A stretch of DNA of 64,000 bases from Candidatus Uhrbacteria bacterium (GTDB taxonomy: Bacteria; Patescibacteriota; Patescibacteriia; UBA9934): NCBI GenBank assembly GCA_018664485.1, contig JABJOE010000007.1:132353-196352 (forward strand). Direction: 5' to 3'. Below the pieces are notes generated by a model. It did not search any database. It saw nothing but the letters and a program-made list of their open reading frames with translations, and was not told the origin of the DNA. A program made the position numbers and the translations under genes. Below are positions 26,959 to 34,718 of this stretch, one piece after another (position 1 is the first letter of the stretch; each line of letters starts with the position of its first letter).

Positions 26959-28857
26959 ATGCGCAACACCAATCAAACCGAAAGCAGCTTCAAATGTGCA
27001 ACTTTCCAAAAAAATATGACACATAAAAAAACGTCCCACCGTAAACGTGCACACAAGAAAAAGCCTTCACGAGAAGAAGAGCAAGAGCTCCTCATGGAAG
27101 AAGGTCTTGAAGCTATTTATGGAAAGAAGGAGGACATCGACTTTTCAAAACTCGACCACGATCAGGATCGTTTAACTAAACTCCTGATTCGTTTAGTTGT
27201 CGGTCTGGGTCTAGTAGCTACTATGGCTTGGAGCGGCTTTTTTGTCTTCATGAACTATGTAAACCCGCCACGAGATGAAACATTCACTCTGGAAATCTTG
27301 ATGGATGAAACTTTGGTTAGCGGAGAGGCTACAACGATTGAAATACTTTACACAAATCCAACCACCGTCCCTATCGCTGCCCTCTCGATCGACGTGAACC
27401 TTCCATCTTCCTTTGTAATAAGCCAAACCAATCAGCCACCGACAGATACGGATCAACTCATTTGGGATCTTGGAGAACTGACTGGCTTAAGTGACAATCA
27501 TATCGTAATTGAAGGAACTTGGTTTGCAGACACGCCGTCTGAAACACCCATACAGGCCTACGCGACCTACCGACCAGGTAATTTCAACTCTGAGTTTGAA
27601 GAGATTGCTGTAGCATATGTGACCAGCCTTTCAAGTGTCTTGGAGCTAAGTGTAGACGGTCCTGAGGAGCTTGCTCCTGGTGAAACTGGTGCCTACGCAA
27701 TTACATTGATAAACAATGGTGAATTGGCATACGAAGAAGTGGATATTTCGTTAGATTTGCCCGATGGTTTTTATCTTGAAAGTAGTGAACCTGAGCTTGA
27801 AGCCGGCTCACCTGCAAACTGGACAATTGAAACAATTGACCCCGAACTCGAAACGACTATTCTCTTTGAAGGTTCCTTTGCGGCCGACATCGAAGGTTTC
27901 CAATACTTTGATACCTTGGCCTACATGCAAATTGATGGACGTGAGCTTTTGCAAACGCAAGTACAGAACTATACAGACGTATTACGGAGTGATGTTTCCG
28001 TATCCCTCGCAGCCAATGGTGCGACAGACACCGTAGCACTCGATCAAGACGGCACATTACGCGTCAGTTTAGGTCTTGAGCAGTCAGGAAGCGAGGATCT
28101 AGAAGACTATTCCGTCCTATTGAGTTTTGAAAGTGAAGACAGCTTCCCAATTAACTGGAGCAGCTCACAGCTAGACGGAGGTACGCTTACACAAGACGGA
28201 ATCGCGTGGAGCGCTGAGGACATTGGAGCGATGGCGTCGGGTGTAAAAGAACTTCTCAACCTCTCATTCCCTATTGAAGCTATCGGATCTGGAGATGCTG
28301 ATCAATTTGAAATAACCGCACTCTTTACAACGGCTGACGGTACAGTTCGTTCGTCACCAATCACCGTATCGATAAACTCAGAGGCAGAACTCGCGACATC
28401 TGTTCGTTACTTCAACGAAGAGGGGCAAGCACTTGGATCTGGACCAATCCCTCCAGTCATCGATGAGGAAACAAGTTACCGGGTGTACTGGGTTTTGGAA
28501 AACGACCTACACACCCTCAAAGATATTCGCGTGAGCGCTACCCTACCACCACATGTAACGTGGTCTGATAAAGTAAATACTGATCTGGGTGATATAACCT
28601 TCGACAGCGGAAGTAGTACAGTGAGCTGGACTGTCGCAGAGCTCTCAACTGCAATCAGTCATCTGGAAGGCTACTTCACCATCTCTATCACACCGGACGT
28701 GGACGATATCGGATCTTTTGTAAAATTAACCTCGAGCACGGATTTGCTTGCGACAGACACAGTAACTGGTACACAGCTTCACCGGGCACAGGACAATCTC
28801 ACTACCGAGGCGCCTGATGATGAGTTTGCAAGCGGGCAAGGAATTGTTGTAGAGTAG
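26959..28857 (+). CDS. Membrane-anchored surface protein with repeated beta-sandwich (DUF11/CARDB-like) domains.
   Basis: Basic N-terminus, one TM (LLIRLVVGLGLVATMAWSGFFVF), then repeated ~100-aa acidic Thr/Ser-rich modules. The start is uncertain: in-frame ATGs at 26959 and 27016 are both possible. Confidence 0.5.
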   Translation: MRNTNQTESSFKCATFQKNMTHKKTSHRKRAHKKKPSREEEQELLMEEGLEAIYGKKEDIDFSKLDHDQDRLTKLLIRLVVGLGLVATMAWSGFFVFMNYVNPPRDETFTLEILMDETLVSGEATTIEILYTNPTTVPIAALSIDVNLPSSFVISQTNQPPTDTDQLIWDLGELTGLSDNHIVIEGTWFADTPSETPIQAYATYRPGNFNSEFEEIAVAYVTSLSSVLELSVDGPEELAPGETGAYAITLINNGELAYEEVDISLDLPDGFYLESSEPELEAGSPANWTIETIDPELETTILFEGSFAADIEGFQYFDTLAYMQIDGRELLQTQVQNYTDVLRSDVSVSLAANGATDTVALDQDGTLRVSLGLEQSGSEDLEDYSVLLSFESEDSFPINWSSSQLDGGTLTQDGIAWSAEDIGAMASGVKELLNLSFPIEAIGSGDADQFEITALFTTADGTVRSSPITVSINSEAELATSVRYFNEEGQALGSGPIPPVIDEETSYRVYWVLENDLHTLKDIRVSATLPPHVTWSDKVNTDLGDITFDSGSSTVSWTVAELSTAISHLEGYFTISITPDVDDIGSFVKLTSSTDLLATDTVTGTQLHRAQDNLTTEAPDDEFASGQGIVVE

Positions 28858-29147
28858 TAGACTCCTGTAACAGCCATTGTCCTGACTTCATTCGCTGTCT
28901 GTTGGGCTACAACAAGCTCCAACCTCGTTAGCGTAGCCCTGCTATGCTTCCTTGATTGTCATTTGTTTCGCCACAACATCCACTCGAATGAATCTAGAAC
29001 ATGACCGTCACAGGAGTCTTTCGCTTTCAATTTTCAGATACAAACCAATACACAGTTTTATAATAATCAATAGACACTCGCAACCTCACACTCTTTTTAA
29101 TCGATAAGCTGCGGAGCGTTTTCTTTTACAGGGAGAGTAGATCTGGT

Positions 29148-29324
29148 ATGCTATTTACGCCATTTGGCATCAACCTGATACCCGGAAACATCGTGAACAA
29201 CATCATTGCAGGCGGCGGATACGGCTATGTCGTCACAGACGGAGGCAGCCTCGGCGTCAAGAACGGAAGTACCCTCGTGACCATTGGCGGCCACGGTCAG
29301 TCACCCCAGCTCATGGAGAAGTGA
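29148..29324 (+). CDS. Small Gly-rich peptide (58 aa), MLFTPFGINLIPGNIVNNIIAGGGYGYVVTDGGSLGVKNGSTLVTIGGHGQSPQLMEK; missing from the ORF track because it is under 60 aa.
   Basis: GGAGAG sits 10 nt upstream of the ATG. A hairpin terminator lies 40 nt downstream. Composition resembles Gly-rich bacteriocins/microcins. It sits in a high-GC insert. Confidence 0.3.
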   Translation: MLFTPFGINLIPGNIVNNIIAGGGYGYVVTDGGSLGVKNGSTLVTIGGHGQSPQLMEK

Positions 29325-29366
29325 CCGTCACCTCCACCGCGTAGCGTCAACTCTCGGCGCCTTGGA

Positions 29367-29400
29367 CCGGTCAGCTCTGCTGGCCGGTTCCTTCGTTTTC
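29367..29400 (+). terminator. Intrinsic terminator after the 58-aa peptide gene.
   Basis: CCGGTCAGC (29367-29375) TCT GCTGGCCGG (29379-29387) with one G-U pair, followed by TTCCTTCGTTTTC. Confidence 0.4.
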
Positions 29401-29480
29401 ACGCCACAATACCCTTTACATAATAGACCTTTCTGCTATGCTAATCAGGCTCATCTCCGAGCTCCAGCAAGAAGGTACCC

Positions 29481-29615
29481 ATGAACTACGAACTCATCTC
29501 CGGCGAACTCCAAGGAGCACCACCCGACGGCGTGCGTGTCCCTGTCGGTGGTGGCCGAAAACGCTCACTCTCCATCGTGCATCGCGGCGAAAACGGCATC
29601 GTCTCGACCGTCTGA
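29481..29615 (+). CDS. Small basic peptide (44 aa), MNYELISGELQGAPPDGVRVPVGGGRKRSLSIVHRGENGIVSTV.
   Basis: ATG preceded by AAGGT. TTTACA-N17-TATGCT lies upstream at 29415-29443. A perfect 8-bp hairpin follows (29679-29700: ATCCGGCC / GGCCGGAT, then T-rich). Confidence 0.25.
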   Translation: MNYELISGELQGAPPDGVRVPVGGGRKRSLSIVHRGENGIVSTV

Positions 29616-29812
29616 TGGATACCTCCATCGACGAGAGCGCGTGCGTCTAGGTGGCCTGAAGTCACCAATACGCTTCTGATCCGGCCCCTTGTGGCCGGAT
29701 CTTTGCATTGTGGATATTTATTGTATTCACCTCTCAATCATGCTATCGTATATTAGAACTTTGACTTGTCATCCAGACACTTCGGGTTCGTGCTCCACGC
29801 TTTGGACACATC

Positions 29813-29944
29813 ATGGAACAGCCGCTGACCGCCATCCCACCCGCCGCCGCTTTCGACCACACCGCCGACCATGCCGACTGCGACGCCGCGGACACCGTGC
29901 ACACCGCCTACACCGACGTCAACAACGAAGCCGCCGCTGGCTGA
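29813..29944 (+). CDS. Small acidic peptide (43 aa), MEQPLTAIPPAAAFDHTADHADCDAADTVHTAYTDVNNEAAAG.
   Basis: Third small ORF in the same high-GC insert. It is followed by hairpin CCTGG-ATAAA-CCAGG plus T6 at about 30030-30050. Confidence 0.2.
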   Translation: MEQPLTAIPPAAAFDHTADHADCDAADTVHTAYTDVNNEAAAG

Positions 29945-30068
29945 GACCGCGCAAGACGCGCAGTCTGAGTCAGTGAGTCTGGGCGCGATCGGAACTCCGA
30001 TCGCGCCCGCTTGCTTTATACAAAAACACCTGGATAAACCAGGCGTCTTTTTTATTACAAATTTATTA

Positions 30069-31019
30069 CTACAGCCGAATCCTCAACCGTCTTAAAACAC
30101 GGACTGTGCGGTATGCTCCGTACCACAAATGCTTCACTGGTAAATCAAACGTACCAGGATGCTCTACAACCTCACCTGAAAATCCATATTTATATCGAGA
30201 TATTCCAGACCACGCATGTTTCTTTGAAGCACCAACTGGAGCCACTCCCCAAAAATCAAACCACTTCATATCTTTTTCTATAGCATCAGCTATCAAATGC
30301 CAATGCAGCGCGTAGGGCGCCATAACGTTACGATGCAAATTACTAGATGCGCCGTGCAAATATGTTCTCACTCCAGCAAAATCGATCATTATGTTTGCGG
30401 CCAGTGGTCTCCCTTCATAAAACCCCATAGCAAGGTATGCCTTCGCCTCCCCATTCAACGTATCGAGCATCTTCTGATAATACGCATTTGGGTGTCCTGA
30501 AAACTGATCACGATTAGTTGTCTGGTCAAGCAGCCTCACAAAATCTGGGAACCTCTTTCGTGGAACTATTTTAGACTCAACCCCCTTTTTCAAACCTAAA
30601 CGAATATTATAACGGGTTTTCGATTTACACTCCTTAAGTAAAGTCTCCTCGCCCTTAGACAAATCCAGCATAACCGTCGTTGCAGGTTGCATATGCGGAA
30701 CTTTCAACATACGCCCACCCTCACCGGGTTCAATACGCAAAAACATGGCTTCTGGCAGCTGTTCGCGGAGCACCTCAACCTGCCGTTCGATAGACGCATT
30801 TCCAAACGGCCCCTTTGGCACGTACCAGTAAAACTGACCAGCGGGCAAAGGGATCTTAACCGCTTGAGCCATAACTACCCCCTGCATATCAGACACATAG
30901 ACGCGCTCAACCTCACGCCCTAGCGCACGCTGAAACTCACCCCACTCCCATGAGTGTAAAAACGCACCGAATCGAGGAGCGTACCGTTTAACCGCATTGT
31001 TCCATTCTGTGTGATTCAT
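30069..31019 (-). CDS. FemAB-family peptidyltransferase (peptidoglycan interpeptide-bridge formation; GNAT-like fold).
   Basis: 316 aa with FemAB/FemX-type N-terminal (MNHTEWNNAVKRYAPRFGAFLHSWEWGEF) and C-terminal acyltransferase regions (FDFWGVAP...KYGFSG). Confidence 0.65.
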   Translation of the reverse strand: MNHTEWNNAVKRYAPRFGAFLHSWEWGEFQRALGREVERVYVSDMQGVVMAQAVKIPLPAGQFYWYVPKGPFGNASIERQVEVLREQLPEAMFLRIEPGEGGRMLKVPHMQPATTVMLDLSKGEETLLKECKSKTRYNIRLGLKKGVESKIVPRKRFPDFVRLLDQTTNRDQFSGHPNAYYQKMLDTLNGEAKAYLAMGFYEGRPLAANIMIDFAGVRTYLHGASSNLHRNVMAPYALHWHLIADAIEKDMKWFDFWGVAPVGASKKHAWSGISRYKYGFSGEVVEHPGTFDLPVKHLWYGAYRTVRVLRRLRIRL

Positions 31020-31046
31020 GAAATATAACTAATTGCCTTCTAGTTT

Positions 31047-31589
31047 TTATGACCCCAATAACTTAAGAGCCTCCCGAATTCTGTCGTCTGTTGTTTCGGC
31101 CGTAAGCTCCGCAACGACCAACTGAGCATCCTGACGACCATACCCCAAGCTCATCAAAGCATCGACAGTCTCGTAATCACTTGATGTTTCCTCCTGCGTA
31201 GTTACAAGCACACCCTGTAACTCAAGGATAATTTTTTGAGCAGTCTTCTTCCCAACACCCGGAACCTGCGTTAGGAATGCTACATCACCCTTTTCAATAT
31301 GTGTGTGTAATTGGGCTCTTGGAGCAGCTCTCAAAATCTTCTGAGCCATTTTTGGACCAATCCCAGATATATCAATCATCTTTTCAAAAAGAGTGCGCAT
31401 ACCCTCGTCTACAAATCCAAACAATTCATGTCGATCCTCGCGAATATAGTCGTAAATATGTAGACTTAATACCTCTCCAGCTACTGGGTTGGCGTCGGTA
31501 TAATAAACACTATAACCAATACCACCTACTCGTAACACAATAGAGTCTACGCCTACGTTTTGAACATTCCCTTCAAGAAAAGCAATCAT
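31047..31589 (-). CDS. ruvA: Holliday junction DNA helicase RuvA.
   Basis: N-terminal OB domain (MIAFLEGNVQNVGVDSIVLRVGGIGYSV), two helix-hairpin-helix motifs (ISGIGPKMAQKIL, VPGVGKKTAQKIILEL), and a C-terminal RuvB-interaction domain. Confidence 0.85.
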   Translation of the reverse strand: MIAFLEGNVQNVGVDSIVLRVGGIGYSVYYTDANPVAGEVLSLHIYDYIREDRHELFGFVDEGMRTLFEKMIDISGIGPKMAQKILRAAPRAQLHTHIEKGDVAFLTQVPGVGKKTAQKIILELQGVLVTTQEETSSDYETVDALMSLGYGRQDAQLVVAELTAETTDDRIREALKLLGS

Positions 31590-31610
31590 ATAGTATTTAT
31601 TGTCTACAAA

Positions 31611-32810
31611 TTACCCTCTTTTGCTTGATTGGTAAAGCGCCCGTGCACGGGTAATCCCATTTAAAATCTCGGTTGGATATTCATCAATTGATACCTCGGC
31701 ATGACTATGCATTACCAGTCTTCGTATATCCTCTAAAACCTCTGCCCGCACATGACCAACTGGAAGCTTCAATAACTCAATTACGCTAATCGCATCAATC
31801 CCGGCACGTTCCGTAGCACTTTTCAGCTCACGAGCCTCGCGCAATCGAAGCCTTTCGTGCCTTCGGTCCAAACGATCTGGCGCCCCCTGTTGCTCGCTCT
31901 GCAGGAACCCGACAAAAGGGCCTATATCCACCGATGTCTTTCCATCTTTATAATGTAATGAACCTATCGCTGTGTCCAAAAGCAGTACGGCAAGCTGTAA
32001 ATCTAAAATATTGTTCCCGTCCAAACCTACTTTCTGTGACCGCTTTAATAAAACATCGATCTTTGCAGGATCCGCTCCATCTTTGAAGAATTTTATTACA
32101 TCGATGTGAGAGCGAACGAGTAAAGCCAACACTTCCCGATCCCGATCTCCCAAACGAAACAGATCCGACAATGAATCGCGCGCGTGTTCAAATCGATCCT
32201 CCATAGCACCTTGTGCATGTCCATAATAATGAACACGAGCACTGGTCTGATCATAAAACTTCTTCAGAGATTCCGAGATATCCAGTGAATCATCAGACGC
32301 TTCAACTGAACGAACAAGTTTAGAATACCGTTGGCTCAATGTATCTACATCCAGCCTAGACCCCTCAATAAAGCCTTCTGATGCACCAACGGAACCTTCT
32401 GTAGATGTAAATGAAACCGTGCTGGACTTTGCTAAATCGTGAATAAAAACAAAAGCCTCAAGTGTAGCCGCATATTCCCGCATGGTCTCCTCCAGCTCTC
32501 GAAGCTGCGGATGCCAGGACTGTTCTCTAGCAAATTCTTCAATATCCAAAAGTGATGCGCCCTCAATAATGGCAAAAAGCCCGGTCAACATTCGTTCAAG
32601 ATGATCCATTACCATCAAGCCCTCGCTGTGATATGGCGGAGACTGAACGACTGTTCGAAGCGCTGTGACTTCCGGAGCAACAGCCTCTGCTTCAAATATC
32701 ACGTCCCTCACACTTCTCATTACAGATTCAGATTTTTGAGCATTTGAAATCCAATCTTCAAAAAAGACCGTTTCCGACTGACTTCTTTTTGTTTCAAACG
32801 AATCCCACAT
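31611..32810 (-). CDS. HD-domain-like hypothetical protein.
   Basis: His...His-Asp metal-binding pattern (YHSEGLMVMDHLERM ... FIHDLAK). The rest is unassigned. Confidence 0.45.
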   Translation of the reverse strand: MWDSFETKRSQSETVFFEDWISNAQKSESVMRSVRDVIFEAEAVAPEVTALRTVVQSPPYHSEGLMVMDHLERMLTGLFAIIEGASLLDIEEFAREQSWHPQLRELEETMREYAATLEAFVFIHDLAKSSTVSFTSTEGSVGASEGFIEGSRLDVDTLSQRYSKLVRSVEASDDSLDISESLKKFYDQTSARVHYYGHAQGAMEDRFEHARDSLSDLFRLGDRDREVLALLVRSHIDVIKFFKDGADPAKIDVLLKRSQKVGLDGNNILDLQLAVLLLDTAIGSLHYKDGKTSVDIGPFVGFLQSEQQGAPDRLDRRHERLRLREARELKSATERAGIDAISVIELLKLPVGHVRAEVLEDIRRLVMHSHAEVSIDEYPTEILNGITRARALYQSSKRG

Positions 32811-32959
32811 ACCCCTTTATCTTTGATTTTACAGATCAATTTTATCACATCTGTGTAAATCAAGGCCCCATTCTCTGCATGGCGGTATAGACATACAACA
32901 ATACTTCTGTTTCAAACAAAATAACCGCCCAGATACTCCAGACGGTCATTCTATAGAAT

Positions 32960-33706
32960 TTACTTTTTGTACGGTGTCGCTGTGCTCCAAGCCGTGTTGA
33001 ATAACACACGCATAGTATCGGAGAAAATCTGCTGCTCAATGATTACCGTCTCCATGTCCCCTATCAAATTAATCATCGCAACACGATCAGCATATATCCA
33101 GATAATTCCAACAAAATCACCAAAAGCTTTATCAATTACTCTAGCCTCTACGCCGGCACTCATATTTCGTGGCTCCCCCTGTATAAGAACACGAATTGGT
33201 ACATGCTTGAAATGTTCTGTTTTTCGAAGATCTAGCAAAACAGACTCGTCTAGCTGATCATAAACCGTATCGATGTTAGCCACCTCCAAAAGCTCGTCAC
33301 TCTTAACCGAAACAACATCTCGGAACAACGCACGCAGTCCCTGTTCACCCGTATAAAAGCGAACTCGTGGACGGCCTCCTCCAACGCTCATTACGCGAAG
33401 TTCCGGCATGAGACGCTTCAACACATCAAGCTGACCCTTCATCTCAGTCATCCGACCTTTGAAATAGTCATCTAGCTTGTCAGGATCTTCTGCACTAAAA
33501 AATTTCTTCTTTCCACGCTGGAACGAACTGGCCAATCCCTTGTGCTGAAGAGCTCCGATGAGATCATACGCAGCAGTTCGTGATACTCCAGCTTTACGCG
33601 AAATATTCTGAACGCTCTCCGGACCAAGCGTAAGCATGGCCAAATACATGCGGGTCTCGGTATCAGTCAGGCCAAGTTTTGTTAGTACTTCCTTAAGATC
33701 TTTCAT
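32960..33706 (-). CDS. TrmB-family (sugar-specific) transcriptional regulator.
   Basis: N-terminal winged HTH typical of TrmB (MKDLKEVLTKLGLTDTETRMYLAMLTLGPESVQNISRKAGVSRTAAYDLIGALQHKGLAS), plus a C-terminal effector domain. Confidence 0.7.
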   Translation of the reverse strand: MKDLKEVLTKLGLTDTETRMYLAMLTLGPESVQNISRKAGVSRTAAYDLIGALQHKGLASSFQRGKKKFFSAEDPDKLDDYFKGRMTEMKGQLDVLKRLMPELRVMSVGGGRPRVRFYTGEQGLRALFRDVVSVKSDELLEVANIDTVYDQLDESVLLDLRKTEHFKHVPIRVLIQGEPRNMSAGVEARVIDKAFGDFVGIIWIYADRVAMINLIGDMETVIIEQQIFSDTMRVLFNTAWSTATPYKK

Positions 33707-33876
33707 ATAACTAAATCTAAACTAATGGTTTCATCTCGATTAATAACCTCCATAACCTAGGACGTTTATATTTGAGATCAATTTCGGTGCCTGCCTGCCG
33801 GTAGGCGGGCACGGGAAGTCCAGCTTAGCTGGATCGGGACCCGTAAGCCGAAAGTGGACCAAATACAAATGTCCTA

Positions 33877-34716
33877 CTAAGATTCTAACACTGTCTTTAT
33901 CACTTCGTCGACCACTGGAAGCACTTGGCCACCCTCAACCAATACACCCCAGCACTTTTCCTGACCGAATAGGAATCCTCCGAAGCGTTCATGTAGGCGT
34001 CCGGCAGCATCGGTATCTTGTACATATATTCTACGATTTCCCTGACGAATCAGCACAGGTCGTGGCTCATCGAATGATTTTGCGACAAGATAAGAAAGTG
34101 CGTCGCGGAATCCAACATCTCCCACTTCACTCTCAACGATGAGAAGCCCATCTTGCTCGCGTCGACCCTCCCACGCCTCGCGTGCGACCGCCTCTTCACG
34201 GGCACGACGCTCAGGTCCGAGCTCCATTGTAAATTCACGGTAATAATCCATCACCTGCTCCTGCTGCTCCTTCGTGATAGGTTCTCGCTTGAGCTCCCAT
34301 AAAAATCCGCGATCAATAGCAGCTACTCCGCGTACCATCACTGGATCAAATCCAAATTCAATCAATTTAGCGTCGTCGAGGCTAAATGTAACAAGAAATT
34401 GCTCAAGCGAACTTGTGTCGTGAGTCCGATCAAGGTCATCGTAACGGTGATGATCGATAATAATAACTTCATAGCCATCGGACTTAAGCGTATCCTCTAC
34501 TTCAGGCCCTGGAATCTCTACAATCACAATTTTCGTTGCATCTGGATTTGTACTCTTTAGACGCTCTAAGAGTTTTTCTTCTCGCTCAAGCTTAGCGCCA
34601 TGTGGCTGATCAGAAATCAAAGTCGATATACCAAAAGCCGCTGAGATTTTTAAAATCTGCAGCGACTCTTCATCGTTCTTCGGACACACTAAAATCGTTT
34701 TATCAAAATTTTCCAT
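33877..34716 (-). CDS. Hypothetical protein, possibly a DHH-like phosphoesterase.
   Basis: Contains IIIDHHRYDD (a DHH-like motif). The other DHH motifs are unclear. Low confidence. Confidence 0.35.
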   Translation of the reverse strand: MENFDKTILVCPKNDEESLQILKISAAFGISTLISDQPHGAKLEREEKLLERLKSTNPDATKIVIVEIPGPEVEDTLKSDGYEVIIIDHHRYDDLDRTHDTSSLEQFLVTFSLDDAKLIEFGFDPVMVRGVAAIDRGFLWELKREPITKEQQEQVMDYYREFTMELGPERRAREEAVAREAWEGRREQDGLLIVESEVGDVGFRDALSYLVAKSFDEPRPVLIRQGNRRIYVQDTDAAGRLHERFGGFLFGQEKCWGVLVEGGQVLPVVDEVIKTVLES

Positions 34717-34718
34717 AA

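Noticed and set aside
29284-30095. ORF-track ORFs of 66-95 aa in the high-GC insert (for example 29689..29976, RRRFRPHRRPCRLRRRGHRAHR...).
   Set aside because: They have extreme Arg/Pro/His composition and no start signals. They overlap better-supported small peptide frames that do have RBS-like sequences and terminators.
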